Source of the DNA: Thermodesulfobacteriota bacterium
GTDB lineage: Bacteria; Desulfobacterota; Anaeroferrophillalia; Anaeroferrophillales; Tharpellaceae
Direction: 5' to 3'
Assembly (NCBI GenBank): GCA_024763535.1
Contig: JANTFH010000008.1
Span: 1,948-65,947 of the forward strand
DNA: 64,000 nt
In this document: one piece after another, positions 9,678 to 18,663 of the stretch
Numbering within the stretch: position 1 is the first letter of the stretch
Layout of the letters: every line of letters begins with the position of its first letter
Notes under the pieces: generated by a model
Told to the model about the DNA's origin: nothing
The model's database searches: none
Seen by the model: only the letters and a program-made list of their open reading frames with translations
Position numbers and translations under genes: made by a program

Positions 9678-10607
9678 ATGTTTATGAATGCTATTGAAGT
9701 CATAGATCTGAAGAAAAATTACGGCTCATTACAAGCCCTGACTGGAGTTGATTTAAGCATCGCTGAGGGTGCTTTTTTCGCCCTTTTAGGGCCCAACGGA
9801 GCGGGCAAATCGACCTTGATAAATATTATTGCCGGTTTAACCCGTGCCTCTTCCGGCAGAGCCGCGATCTTGGGTCACGATGTCCGCAAAGAGTGGCGTG
9901 CGTCTCGTTATAAACTCGGGGTTGTGCCACAGGAACTGGCCTATGATCCCTTCTTTACGGTCAGAGAGATGTTGACGCTGCAGTCCGGCTATTTTGGCCT
10001 TGGTCGAGAAAATCGGCCCTGGCTGGACGAGTTGCTTAAGGCTCTCGGTCTTGAAGATAAAGCGGACACCAGCATGAACCACCTTTCCGGAGGGATGAAG
10101 CGTCGGGTTCTGATTGCTCAGGCGCTGGTGCATCGTCCGCCGGTGGTTATTCTGGATGAACCGACCGCCGGAGTTGATGTCGCTCTACGGGAACAGCTCT
10201 GGAGCTTTATCCGTTCCTTAAACCGTAAGGGACACACGATTATTCTCACGACTCACTATCTTGAAGAAGCCGAGAATATGTGCGATGAAATTGCCATTCT
10301 GGATCGCGGCCGCCTGGTAGTCAGTGCCGCCAAGGATGAGCTTTTAAGTCGCTACAGCTGGCGTCAGCTCCGTCTGCAGCTGCTGCCGGAGAGCCGCTTC
10401 AAACTGCCGGCGGATATGGCCGCAAAACAGGAGAGTGCCCCGAAAGGTGAACTTCTGCTGCGTCTGCACCGGGAGCATGACCGCATCGATGAGGTTCTGG
10501 CCGCGCTCGAAGCCACCGGGGTGAAATTTTCAGATTTGCGAATCCATGAACCCGGTTTAACCGAGGTTTACAGCGAGCTTACCGGGGGAGGGGAGAATCA
10601 TGAGTAA
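9678..10607 (+). CDS. ABC-2 type transporter ATP-binding protein (YadG-like)
   Basis: GPNGAGKST, LSGGMKRR, ILDEPTAGVD, TTHYLEEAE. Confidence 0.9.
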   Translation: MFMNAIEVIDLKKNYGSLQALTGVDLSIAEGAFFALLGPNGAGKSTLINIIAGLTRASSGRAAILGHDVRKEWRASRYKLGVVPQELAYDPFFTVREMLTLQSGYFGLGRENRPWLDELLKALGLEDKADTSMNHLSGGMKRRVLIAQALVHRPPVVILDEPTAGVDVALREQLWSFIRSLNRKGHTIILTTHYLEEAENMCDEIAILDRGRLVVSAAKDELLSRYSWRQLRLQLLPESRFKLPADMAAKQESAPKGELLLRLHREHDRIDEVLAALEATGVKFSDLRIHEPGLTEVYSELTGGGENHE

Positions 10608-11364
10608 CTTTTATGGTTTCTATACCTTGCTGGCCCGTGAAATCTGGCGTTTTCTCAAGGTTTCGATTCAGACGATATTAACCCCGGTGATTACCGTGCT
10701 GCTCTATCTGCTGATCTTCTCTTCGGTGATTTCAAAGAGTCGGCAGATGCTGCCCGGAGTCGATTACCTGACCTTTCTGATTCCCGGCCTTATGGTTATG
10801 GCGATGCTGCAGAACGCCTTTGCCAACAGCTCTTCGAGTCTGTTTCAGTCGCGGCTTAACGGTAATGTGATATTTGTTCTTTTAGCCCCGATTTCCGATT
10901 TCGAGATCTATGCCGCGTTTGTCGGCGCCGCGGTCGTCCGCGGTGCCCTGGTTGGAATCGGAGTCTGGCTGGCGGCTTTAATTTTTAGTATGGTGCCGAT
11001 AAAACATCCTCTTTATGTATTTATTTTTACAATTTTCTCTACCAGTTCACTTGGTGCTCTGGGTCTGGTTTCCGCCATTATTGCCGATAAATGGGATCAT
11101 ATCTCCGCCTTTCAGAACTTTATTATCGTTCCCTTTTCTTTTTTAAGCGGGGTCTTTTTTTCGATTCGCGATCTGCCGCCGTTCTGGGAGAAAGCCTCCT
11201 ATTTTAATCCCTTTTTCTACTTTGTCGACGGCTTCCGCTACAGCTGTCTTGGAGTCTCCGAGATGACGGTCGGTGTGAGTCTTAAAGTAAGCCTGCTTTT
11301 CTTTCTCTTAAGTTCCGCCTGGGCTCTGGCGCTATTATGGCGGGGGTCGAATCTGCGCGGTTGA
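10600..11364 (+). CDS. ABC-2 type transporter permease (YadH-like)
   Basis: Multi-TM protein, FLIPGL, FLSGVFF, NPFFY.VDGFRY; overlaps the ATPase gene. Confidence 0.88.
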   Translation: MSNFYGFYTLLAREIWRFLKVSIQTILTPVITVLLYLLIFSSVISKSRQMLPGVDYLTFLIPGLMVMAMLQNAFANSSSSLFQSRLNGNVIFVLLAPISDFEIYAAFVGAAVVRGALVGIGVWLAALIFSMVPIKHPLYVFIFTIFSTSSLGALGLVSAIIADKWDHISAFQNFIIVPFSFLSGVFFSIRDLPPFWEKASYFNPFFYFVDGFRYSCLGVSEMTVGVSLKVSLLFFLLSSAWALALLWRGSNLRG

Positions 11365-11387
11365 ATAATTCTTTTGAGCTTTTCGCA

Positions 11388-11423
11388 AAAGAGGCCCCGG
11401 AATTATTTATCCGGAGCCTCTTT
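11388..11423. terminator. Probable bidirectional intrinsic terminator
   Basis: AAAGAGGCCCCGGA / TCCGGAGCCTCTTT stem (one mismatch) between convergent genes. Confidence 0.7.
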
Positions 11424-11457
11424 CAGTTTGCTTTAACTGTTGTAAAATTTATTCAGC

Positions 11458-14067
11458 TTACGTATTAAATACCAGCTTATCGTTTACGACTTTTACCTCA
11501 ACCGTATCGCCGTCTTTAACCTCACCGGCCATAATCGCGTAGGCCAGCGGGGTTTCAAGCAGATTTTTCAGGGCCCGCTTCAGGGGCCGGGCGCCGTAGG
11601 TCGGATCGTAGCCGGATTCGGCGATCAGGGCTATGGCTTCAGGATCAAGATTAAGTTTAATATCCTTTTCCGCCAGGCGTTGTCCCAACTCCTCAAGCTG
11701 AATTGTGATGATCTTCTCCAGATCTTTACGTTTCAAAGCGTGAAAGACGATTATATCGTCGATCCGGTTGAGAAATTCGGGCCGGAATTCTGCTTTCATT
11801 GCTTCCAGTACGGTCTTGTTGACCCGGGCGAAACTCTCCTCCGACTCCTCTCCCGGCGCCATGTTTTCAATGATGAACTGACTGCCGATATTCGAGGTCA
11901 TGATAATCACGGTGTTTTTGAAATCGACGATGCGGCCGTGTGAGTCGGTCAGGCGGCCGTCATCCAAAACCTGAAGCAGGATGTTGAAAACATCATGGTG
12001 CGCTTTTTCGATCTCATCAAAAAGAATGACCGAGTAGGGTTTGCGGCGTACCGCTTCCGTCAATTGACCGCCTTCATCATAGCCGACATAACCCGGAGGC
12101 GCCCCGATCAGCCGGGCGACCGAATGTTTCTCCATGTATTCCGACATGTCAATCCGGGTCATATTACCTTCGTCATCGAAAAGAAATTCGGCTAGCGCTT
12201 TGGCCAACTCGGTTTTACCGACCCCGGTCGGGCCGCAGAAGATAAAACTGCCCAGCGGTCTTAAGGGGTCGTTGATACCGGCCCGGGCCCGGATTACGGC
12301 ATCGGCAACCGCCTGAACGGCATCCTCCTGACCGACGACCTTCTTGTGGAGATGCTCATTCAAATGGAGCAGCTTCTCGCGTTCTCCTTCAAGCAGTTTA
12401 CTGACCGGGATACTGGTCCAGCGGCTGATGATTGCGGCGATCTCCTCTTCGTCGACAACCTCTTTTAACAGCGAGCGGCCGCTCTTCTGGATCTCCAGAA
12501 TCTTGTTGCGGGCCTCTTCCCGTTGTTTCTCCAGGGTCGCCAGCCGGTCGTATTTAAGTTCCGCCGCTTTATTTAAATCATACTCGCGTTCGGCGTGTTC
12601 GATTTTGACTTTGACCTCTTCAATCTCTTTCCCGATCCGGCGCAAATTAGCAATCAGCTCTTTCTCCAGCTGCCAGCGGGCGGTTACGGTTTTACTTTTG
12701 CTCTGCCAATCGGCAAGTTCCTGCTCAATCTTCTCCAGCCGCAGGCGCGAGGCTTTGTCTTTGTCTCTTTTCAAGGCTTCGCGTTCGATCTCTAACTGCA
12801 TGATCTTGCGGGTTATATCGTCCAGTTCACTGGGCATGCTGTCGATCTCGGTCCGCAGCCGGGCTCCGGCCTCATCAATCAGATCGATTGCCTTATCCGG
12901 CAGGAAACGGTCGTTGATATAGCGGTGCGACAGGGTCGCGGCCGCAACCAGAGCGGTATCTTTATACTGAATTCCGTGATGAACCTCATAACGCTCTTTC
13001 AAACCTCGAAGAATCGATATCGTATCGGCAACACTCGGCTGGTCAACCATAACCGGCTGGAAACGGCGCTCTAAAGCGGCATCTTTTTCGATGTAGAGAC
13101 GGTATTCATTCAAGGTAGTGGCGCCGACACAGTGGAGTTCACCCCGGGCCAGAAGCGGTTTCAAGAGGTTGCCGGCATCCATTGAACCTTCGGTTTTGCC
13201 GGCCCCGACCACCGTGTGCAGCTCATCGATAAAGAGGATGATCTCACCTTCCGCCTCTTTCACCTCGTTCAAGACCGCTTTAAGGCGCTCTTCAAATTCA
13301 CCGCGGAATTTGGCCCCGGCGATAAGAGCACCCATATCTAAAGAGATCAGGCGTTTGTTTTTAAGGTTTTCGGGTACATCCTGCACGAAAATCCGCTGAG
13401 CCAGACCCTCGGCGATGGCGGTTTTCCCGACCCCGGGTTCACCGATTAAAACCGGGTTGTTTTTAGTCCGGCGCGAGAGTACCTGGATTACCCGGCGGAT
13501 CTCGTCGTCGCGGCCGATTACCGGGTCAAGTTTGTCTCTGGCCGCGGCTTTGGTCAGGTCGGTGCCGTATTTCTCCAGGGCCTGATAGGTGGTCTCCGGG
13601 TTCTGTGAGGTAACCCGCTGATGACCGCGAACCTCGGTTAGAACCGAGAGCAGCTTCTCGCGGGTAATACCGAAACTATCAAAAAGTGTGGCCATGGGGT
13701 CATTATCGGTCGAAACCAGAGCTAAAAGCAGGTGCTCTACACTGACATATTCATCCTTAAACTGTTCGGCTTCATCCTTGGCTTTGACGAAAACCTGACC
13801 TAAACGCGGGCTCATGTAGAGCTGGCCGCCGCTTCCAGCGCCGGTGACGGCCGGAATTTTGGCCAGTAGTTGTGTGGCCGCATTTTCAACCGCTCCGGTA
13901 GCGATGCCGATCTTCTCTAAAAGCCGCGGCACCAGGCCCTCGGGCTGTTCGATAAGGGCTAAGAGCAGATGCTCGCTGTCGATCTGTTGATGGTGGCGGC
14001 GCAGAGCCAGCTCCTGGGCTGCGGCTACGGCCTCCTGACTTTTCTGGGTAAATTTGTTGGTATCCAT
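11458..14067 (-). CDS. clpB: ATP-dependent chaperone ClpB
   Basis: Clp N-domain, two AAA modules ([16 protein letters not shown]), long coiled-coil middle domain, [12 protein letters not shown]. Confidence 0.97.
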   Translation of the reverse strand: MDTNKFTQKSQEAVAAAQELALRRHHQQIDSEHLLLALIEQPEGLVPRLLEKIGIATGAVENAATQLLAKIPAVTGAGSGGQLYMSPRLGQVFVKAKDEAEQFKDEYVSVEHLLLALVSTDNDPMATLFDSFGITREKLLSVLTEVRGHQRVTSQNPETTYQALEKYGTDLTKAAARDKLDPVIGRDDEIRRVIQVLSRRTKNNPVLIGEPGVGKTAIAEGLAQRIFVQDVPENLKNKRLISLDMGALIAGAKFRGEFEERLKAVLNEVKEAEGEIILFIDELHTVVGAGKTEGSMDAGNLLKPLLARGELHCVGATTLNEYRLYIEKDAALERRFQPVMVDQPSVADTISILRGLKERYEVHHGIQYKDTALVAAATLSHRYINDRFLPDKAIDLIDEAGARLRTEIDSMPSELDDITRKIMQLEIEREALKRDKDKASRLRLEKIEQELADWQSKSKTVTARWQLEKELIANLRRIGKEIEEVKVKIEHAEREYDLNKAAELKYDRLATLEKQREEARNKILEIQKSGRSLLKEVVDEEEIAAIISRWTSIPVSKLLEGEREKLLHLNEHLHKKVVGQEDAVQAVADAVIRARAGINDPLRPLGSFIFCGPTGVGKTELAKALAEFLFDDEGNMTRIDMSEYMEKHSVARLIGAPPGYVGYDEGGQLTEAVRRKPYSVILFDEIEKAHHDVFNILLQVLDDGRLTDSHGRIVDFKNTVIIMTSNIGSQFIIENMAPGEESEESFARVNKTVLEAMKAEFRPEFLNRIDDIIVFHALKRKDLEKIITIQLEELGQRLAEKDIKLNLDPEAIALIAESGYDPTYGARPLKRALKNLLETPLAYAIMAGEVKDGDTVEVKVVNDKLVFNT

Positions 14068-14120
14068 ATTAAAAAAACCTCCGTTTTTATTTTTTTTGTA
14101 CAGTTTAAGTAAAAATGGTC

Positions 14121-14239
14121 GTAACTATTCAGCCTGACAGCAAACCCGGGGCCGGGGGTGGCTTTTCTCCGCTAGGTGTTAAGAAAAACCACCCCCGTCC
14201 TCTCCAGAAAGACGGGATATATTTAGGTTGAATAGTTAC
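14121..14239. mobile_element. MITE-like structured element, family A copy 1 (119 bp, internally deleted, inverted relative to copy 2)
   Basis: Terminal inverted repeats GTAACTATTCAGCCT / AGGTTGAATAGTTAC (14 of 15 match); internal GGGGGTGG/CCACCCCC stem; its reverse complement aligns to both ends of 14384-14631. Confidence 0.75.
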
Positions 14240-14331
14240 AGATAGTCTATTATGTATTGAGATATTATTACGAAAATATCTAAATATTTACAGCTCATTT
14301 TTCATAATCTATCTTAAAAGGTAATCATAAA

Positions 14332-14345
14332 TTGACGGTTGTCAA
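14332..14345. promoter_or_regulatory. Palindrome TTGAC-N4-GTCAA (CRP/FNR-type box) coinciding with a possible minus-strand -35 for clpB
   Basis: TTGACggttGTCAA. On the minus strand it reads TTGACA-16nt-TACCTT. Lies between the divergent clpB and aor genes. Confidence 0.35.
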
Positions 14346-14383
14346 GGTATCTACTCAGTTTACGGGCTTATATAAATCTTAAA

Positions 14384-14631
14384 GTATCTATTCGGTCAAA
14401 TAATATCTCCCGTCTTTTAAGGAGGGACCGGGGGTGGTTTTTCTTAAGCGGTTGCGGAAATGATTTCGTCGTTTTTCTTATGCGAGCTAGAGCCCATAAG
14501 CATTGCAACTGTTTGAGCGAAGCGAGTTTTGCAATGCGGGCGAAGCGAGTGTAAGGAAAAACAGAAATCTTAACGCCTGGCGGAGAAAATCCGCCCCCGG
14601 TCCCGGATTTACTGCCAGCCTGAAGAGTTAC
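14384..14631. mobile_element. MITE/REPIN-like structured element, family A copy 2 (full length, 248 bp)
   Basis: Degenerate termini GTATCTATTC...CTGAAGAGTTAC; outer stem 14424-14442/14586-14604; long inner hairpin 14462-14569 carrying CTGTTTGAGCGAAGCGAGTT. Confidence 0.75.
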
Positions 14632-14770
14632 AGCTTAAGAAAAATGAGCTTGACCTTGTTCGTAGACTATGTCAAAGATAACTGAGATTGTTGTCTTTAC
14701 AATCAAGCGATCTCTGTTTTGAGATTGTTGGGGTCGTTTATTCTTAACTTTCTGGTGTGGAGGTATAATT

Positions 14771-16504
14771 ATGGCTGAGAAAATTCTGCGGGTTGATATG
14801 AGTGATTTGAGCGTAAAGAGTGAATCTGTGCCAACTGCCTGGCAGGGGCTCGGCGGCCGGGCCTTGACCTCCGTTATTGTCGCTGCTGAGGTTGAACCGA
14901 CCTGCCATCCGCTGGGCAAAAAAAATAAACTGGTTTTTGCTCCGGGTCTGCTCTCCGGTACCCGGGCGGCTAATTCCGGGCGCCTGTCAGCCGGAGCTAA
15001 AAGTCCGCTGACCGGAACTATCAAGGAGAGTAATTCCGGGGGAACGGCAGCCCAGCTCCTGGCCCGGATGGGGATTAAGGCCCTGATTATCGAGGGAGTT
15101 CCGACGGCTTGTCAGTTTTATGCACTTAAGGTCACCACCGACGGAGTAACTATCACGCCGGAGAATGATCTGGTGGGCTGCGGAAATTTTGAGGTGGTGG
15201 AAAAACTCAATCTTGTGGATAACAAGGAGTGCGGGCTTATATCTATCGGTCAGGCCGGTGAGCGCCAGCAGCTGGCGGCCAATATCTCGGTAAAGGATCC
15301 GGAAGGTAAATTCCGTAGTCTGGGCCGTGGCGGTCTGGGCGCGGTAATGGGTTCCAAAGGGATTAAATATATAACTCTGGATGCCGCCGGGACTCAGAAG
15401 AGTGTGCCGCTGGCGGACAGTGATAAGTTTAAGGAAGCGGCTAAAACCTTTGCCAAGGCGCTGCTTGATCACCCGGTTTGCGGTGAGGGGTTGGGCGCTT
15501 ATGGTACCAATGTTCTGGTCAATATCGTTGATGCCGTCGGTGGTCTGCCGACCAAAAATTTCCGTTACGGCCACTACGAAGATCATGAGTTGATCAGTGG
15601 CGAGAAGATGGCTGAGATGATCAGTGAACGCGGCGGCAAAGTCAAGCACGGCTGTCATGCCGGTTGTGTCATGCAGTGCTCTCAGGTCTTTGTCGACAAA
15701 AACGGTGAATATGTCACCTCGGGTTTTGAATATGAAACCATTTGGGCTCTGGGGGCTCACTGCTGTATCTCCGATCTGGATATCCTGGCTCAGGCCGACA
15801 ACCTGATGGATGACATCGGTATCGACTCAATTGAGACCGCCGTGACTCTGGGTCTGGCGATGGAGGCCGGAATCATCGAGTTCGGTGACGGCCCGGGCCT
15901 GCTTAAACTTCTGGATGAGATTAAAAACGGAACCCCGGTAGGCCGTATTCTCGGCAGCGGGGCTTCAGTTACCGGTAAAGTTTACGGTCTGACCCGGGTG
16001 CCGGTAGTTAAGGACCAGGCGATTCCGGCTTACGACCCGCGTTCGGTCAAGGGTATCGGGATAACCTACTGTACCTCAACCATGGGGGCTGATCACACTA
16101 TCGGCTATACGATTGCCACCAATATCCTTAAATGCGGCGGTTTTGTCGATCCTCTGCAGAAAGAAGGCCAGGTCGAGCTCTCCCGGAATCTGCAGATCGC
16201 CACCGCGGCGGTTGACAGTACCGGGCTCTGCATCTTCGTCGCTTTCGCGGTTCTGGATGATCCGACAGCGCTGCCGGCGATTGTCGATATGCTCAATGCC
16301 CGTTTCGGTATTTCCCTGACTGTAGATGATGTTACGGCTCTCGGAACCTCGGTGTTGAAGACGGAGCGCGCCTTTAATCAGGCTGCCGGTTTCACTAACG
16401 CCCATGATCGCCTGCCGGAATTTTTTACTGATGAAGTTGTTCCGCCGCATAATGCCGTATGGGATTTCAGCGATGCTGAAATCGATGAATTCTGGAATTT
16501 CTAG
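14771..16504 (+). CDS. aor: Aldehyde:ferredoxin oxidoreductase (tungsten-cofactor family)
   Basis: AKSPLTGTIKESNSGG, GRGGLGAVMGSKG, CHAGCVMQC, EYET, DSTGLC; SD GGAGG upstream. Confidence 0.92.
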   Translation: MAEKILRVDMSDLSVKSESVPTAWQGLGGRALTSVIVAAEVEPTCHPLGKKNKLVFAPGLLSGTRAANSGRLSAGAKSPLTGTIKESNSGGTAAQLLARMGIKALIIEGVPTACQFYALKVTTDGVTITPENDLVGCGNFEVVEKLNLVDNKECGLISIGQAGERQQLAANISVKDPEGKFRSLGRGGLGAVMGSKGIKYITLDAAGTQKSVPLADSDKFKEAAKTFAKALLDHPVCGEGLGAYGTNVLVNIVDAVGGLPTKNFRYGHYEDHELISGEKMAEMISERGGKVKHGCHAGCVMQCSQVFVDKNGEYVTSGFEYETIWALGAHCCISDLDILAQADNLMDDIGIDSIETAVTLGLAMEAGIIEFGDGPGLLKLLDEIKNGTPVGRILGSGASVTGKVYGLTRVPVVKDQAIPAYDPRSVKGIGITYCTSTMGADHTIGYTIATNILKCGGFVDPLQKEGQVELSRNLQIATAAVDSTGLCIFVAFAVLDDPTALPAIVDMLNARFGISLTVDDVTALGTSVLKTERAFNQAAGFTNAHDRLPEFFTDEVVPPHNAVWDFSDAEIDEFWNF

Positions 16505-16552
16505 GGAACGGAAACCGGGTAGAGGGTACCCTGGAATTTCAAGCTTATTTCG

Positions 16553-16602
16553 AAGGCACGAGAAGAGTGAAATCGATCCTTATTTCACTCATCTCGTGCC
16601 TT
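16553..16602 (+). terminator. Long hairpin downstream of aor (terminator or RNA-stabilising stem)
   Basis: AAGGCACGAGAAGAGTGAAAT / ATTTCACTCATCTCGTGCCTT, 20 of 21 pairs, 8-nt loop. Confidence 0.65.
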
Positions 16603-16633
16603 GTTGTATATTTATGTTTTTGTTTAACTAATT

Positions 16634-16984
16634 ATGACTAAATCTTCGAAAGAAAAAGATATTTCATATGAAATGACAGATGAAGATAAGACCATAAAAA
16701 TTATGGTCGAACTCTTCTGTCGAGAGCGGCACGGGAGAGAGCGGCATGGGGGCGACTTTCTCTGTGATGAGTGCCGGGAACTGCTCGAGTATGCCCGGGC
16801 CAGGGTACGTCAATGTCCCCTCAAAGAGCAGCGAACCACCTGTGGTAAATGTGAGATTCACTGCTACAAACCGGCCATGCGGCAGCGGATACAGGAAGTG
16901 ATGCGCTACGCCGGCCCCCGCATGTTCAAAGTCCATCCGCTGCTGGCCGCCAGACACCTGCTTAAAGGCAGGGGTAAAAGTTAA
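16634..16984 (+). CDS. YgbA family (nitrous oxide-stimulated promoter family) Cys-rich protein
   Basis: LCDECRELLEYA..R...CP.....TCGKCEIHCYKP.MR.RI.EVMRYAGPRM pattern. Confidence 0.85.
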   Translation: MTKSSKEKDISYEMTDEDKTIKIMVELFCRERHGRERHGGDFLCDECRELLEYARARVRQCPLKEQRTTCGKCEIHCYKPAMRQRIQEVMRYAGPRMFKVHPLLAARHLLKGRGKS

Positions 16985-17081
16985 TCAATCCCGGCTTTTG
17001 AACTTGAGGATTATCACAATAAATGTTATGTCTGGAACTCAGCGATTAAGTTTCGTTCGATGATAAATTTGTCTTCGCAGA

Positions 17082-17272
17082 AATCCAGGGATATCTGGTG
17101 AATTTCGGGAACTTCTCGTGAAATTTCGTCGTTTTCCCCAGTGATTGGAGCCCATGAAAATTGCTGCTGTTTGAGTGCGTCAGCACGAGTTCAGCAATTT
17201 GGGCGTAATCAGCGCTGGAAAAACAGAAATTGAGCGTACGAAGTGGATGAAAATTACCAGATAGCCCGGGTT
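17082..17272. repeat. Structured element, family A copy 3 (diverged, same orientation as copy 2)
   Basis: Shares ATTTCGTCGTTTT, GAGCCCAT, CTGTTTGAG..CGAGTT, GGGCG and GGAAAAACAGAAAT in the same order as copy 2. Stem sequences differ but stay complementary. Outer stem 17082-17106/17249-17272. Confidence 0.8.
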
Positions 17273-18362
17273 GGGAGATTATGGTTTGGTCTTGAAAGAA
17301 CGGCGGAAAAGTCGTCAGATTGAGCTGGGCGGGGTAATAATCGGCGGCCGGGCGCCGGTATCGGTGCAGTCTATGACCAACACCGATACCCGGGATGTAC
17401 AGGCCACCGTCGCCCAGATTAAACGGTTGGAAAAAGTCGGCTGTGAGCTGGTTCGGGTGGCGGTTCCGGATGAGAGCGCGGCTTATGTTCTCTCCGAGAT
17501 CAAAGACCGGATTACCATTCCGTTGCTGGCCGATATCCATTTCAATCATCGTCTGGCCCTGATCGCGGTCGAACAGGGGGTTGACGGTCTGCGTCTGAAT
17601 CCCGGCAATATCGGTTCGGCTGCTCGGGTGCGGGAGGTGGTTTCCGCCTGTAAGGATCGGGGCGTGCCCATCCGTATCGGGGTTAACGGCGGTTCCCTGG
17701 AAAAGGAACTGCTGCTTAAATACGGCCCAACCCCTGAAGCCCTGGTTGAGAGTGCGCTAGGCCATGTGCGGCTCCTGGAAAATGAGAATTTTGAAGAGAT
17801 AAAAATATCGTTGAAATCTTCTGATGTCCCGGCGACACTGGCAGCTTACCGGGAGTTGGCGAAGCGGGTTGATTACCCTTTTCATATCGGTATCACCGAG
17901 GCCGGAACCCGATTGCGCGGAGCTATAAAATCGGCCGCCGGGATCGCTCTGCTGCTGGCGGAGGGCTTGGGTGATACCCTGCGGGTGTCGTTGACCGCCC
18001 CTCCGGAAGAGGAGATCTTCGTCGCTTTTGAGATTCTCAAAAGTCTGGACTTGCGACAGCGGGGGATTGAACTTATCAGCTGTCCCACCTGCGGTCGTAC
18101 CGAAGTTGGTCTGATCGAACTGGCGGAAAAAGTAGAGGGTGCTTTAGCGCATATTGAGAAACCTTTGAAAATCGCGGTAATGGGTTGTGTCGTCAACGGC
18201 CCGGGTGAGGCCCGGCATGCCGATTTCGGGATTGCCGGAGGTAAAGGTGTGGGCCTTATTTTTCGTAAGGGCGAAATCTTGAAAAAATTACCTGAGAGTG
18301 AACTTCTGTCAGCTCTGGTGGCCGAGGTCGAAAACTATGTTGCCGGGGCGGCTGTGGATTAA
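17271..18362 (+). CDS. ispG: 4-hydroxy-3-methylbut-2-en-1-yl diphosphate synthase
   Basis: VQSMTNT, ADIHF, RLNPGNI, IRIGVNGGSL, SCPTCGR, MGCVVNGPGE. True start may be TTG 17286. Confidence 0.96.
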   Translation: MGDYGLVLKERRKSRQIELGGVIIGGRAPVSVQSMTNTDTRDVQATVAQIKRLEKVGCELVRVAVPDESAAYVLSEIKDRITIPLLADIHFNHRLALIAVEQGVDGLRLNPGNIGSAARVREVVSACKDRGVPIRIGVNGGSLEKELLLKYGPTPEALVESALGHVRLLENENFEEIKISLKSSDVPATLAAYRELAKRVDYPFHIGITEAGTRLRGAIKSAAGIALLLAEGLGDTLRVSLTAPPEEEIFVAFEILKSLDLRQRGIELISCPTCGRTEVGLIELAEKVEGALAHIEKPLKIAVMGCVVNGPGEARHADFGIAGGKGVGLIFRKGEILKKLPESELLSALVAEVENYVAGAAVD

Positions 18363-18365
18363 GCT

Positions 18366-18659
18366 ATGAATCGCCTGCGGCCTGACACCTTCTTTCGTAA
18401 TTTGGGCTGGTGGCAGCGGGCTTTAATGGAAGGCCGGCTCTGCTGGCGCCTGTTATGGGATAAAAGGGTTGCTTTTAAGCTTAAATTAATTCCCATCTTT
18501 GCCGTTATCTACTTTTTCTCCCCCTATGATCTGCTGCCCGATTTTGTTATTCCCGGCATTGGTCAGGTTGATGATTTTCTGGTCGTTTTTATCGCCTGCC
18601 GGCTCTTTTTACGGCTGGTTCCGGCGGCTGTAGCCCGCGAACATTTTGAAGCGATGTGA
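18366..18659 (+). CDS. YkvA/DUF1232 family small membrane protein
   Basis: YFFSPYDLLPDFVIPGIGQVDD motif. Confidence 0.85.
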   Translation: MNRLRPDTFFRNLGWWQRALMEGRLCWRLLWDKRVAFKLKLIPIFAVIYFFSPYDLLPDFVIPGIGQVDDFLVVFIACRLFLRLVPAAVAREHFEAM

Positions 18660-18663
18660 TTTT

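Noticed and set aside
14448-14573. Inner hairpin as an independent insertion with a TTAA target duplication
   Set aside because: Copy 3 has both an outer stem and the inner core, so deletion in copy 1 is the simpler explanation, although not proven.
14339-14685. ORFs 14339-14554 and 14503-14685 as proteins
   Set aside because: They lie across the structured repeat, lack an SD and any recognisable motif; likely incidental frames.
16721-16750. 15-bp tandem duplication (RERHG x2) in the ygbA-like gene
   Set aside because: Real but a trivial in-frame slippage in a variable loop.
14384-17272. Family A elements as integron attC sites
   Set aside because: No RYYYAAC/GTTRRRY core boxes at the ends, no intI, and the flanking genes are not a cassette array.
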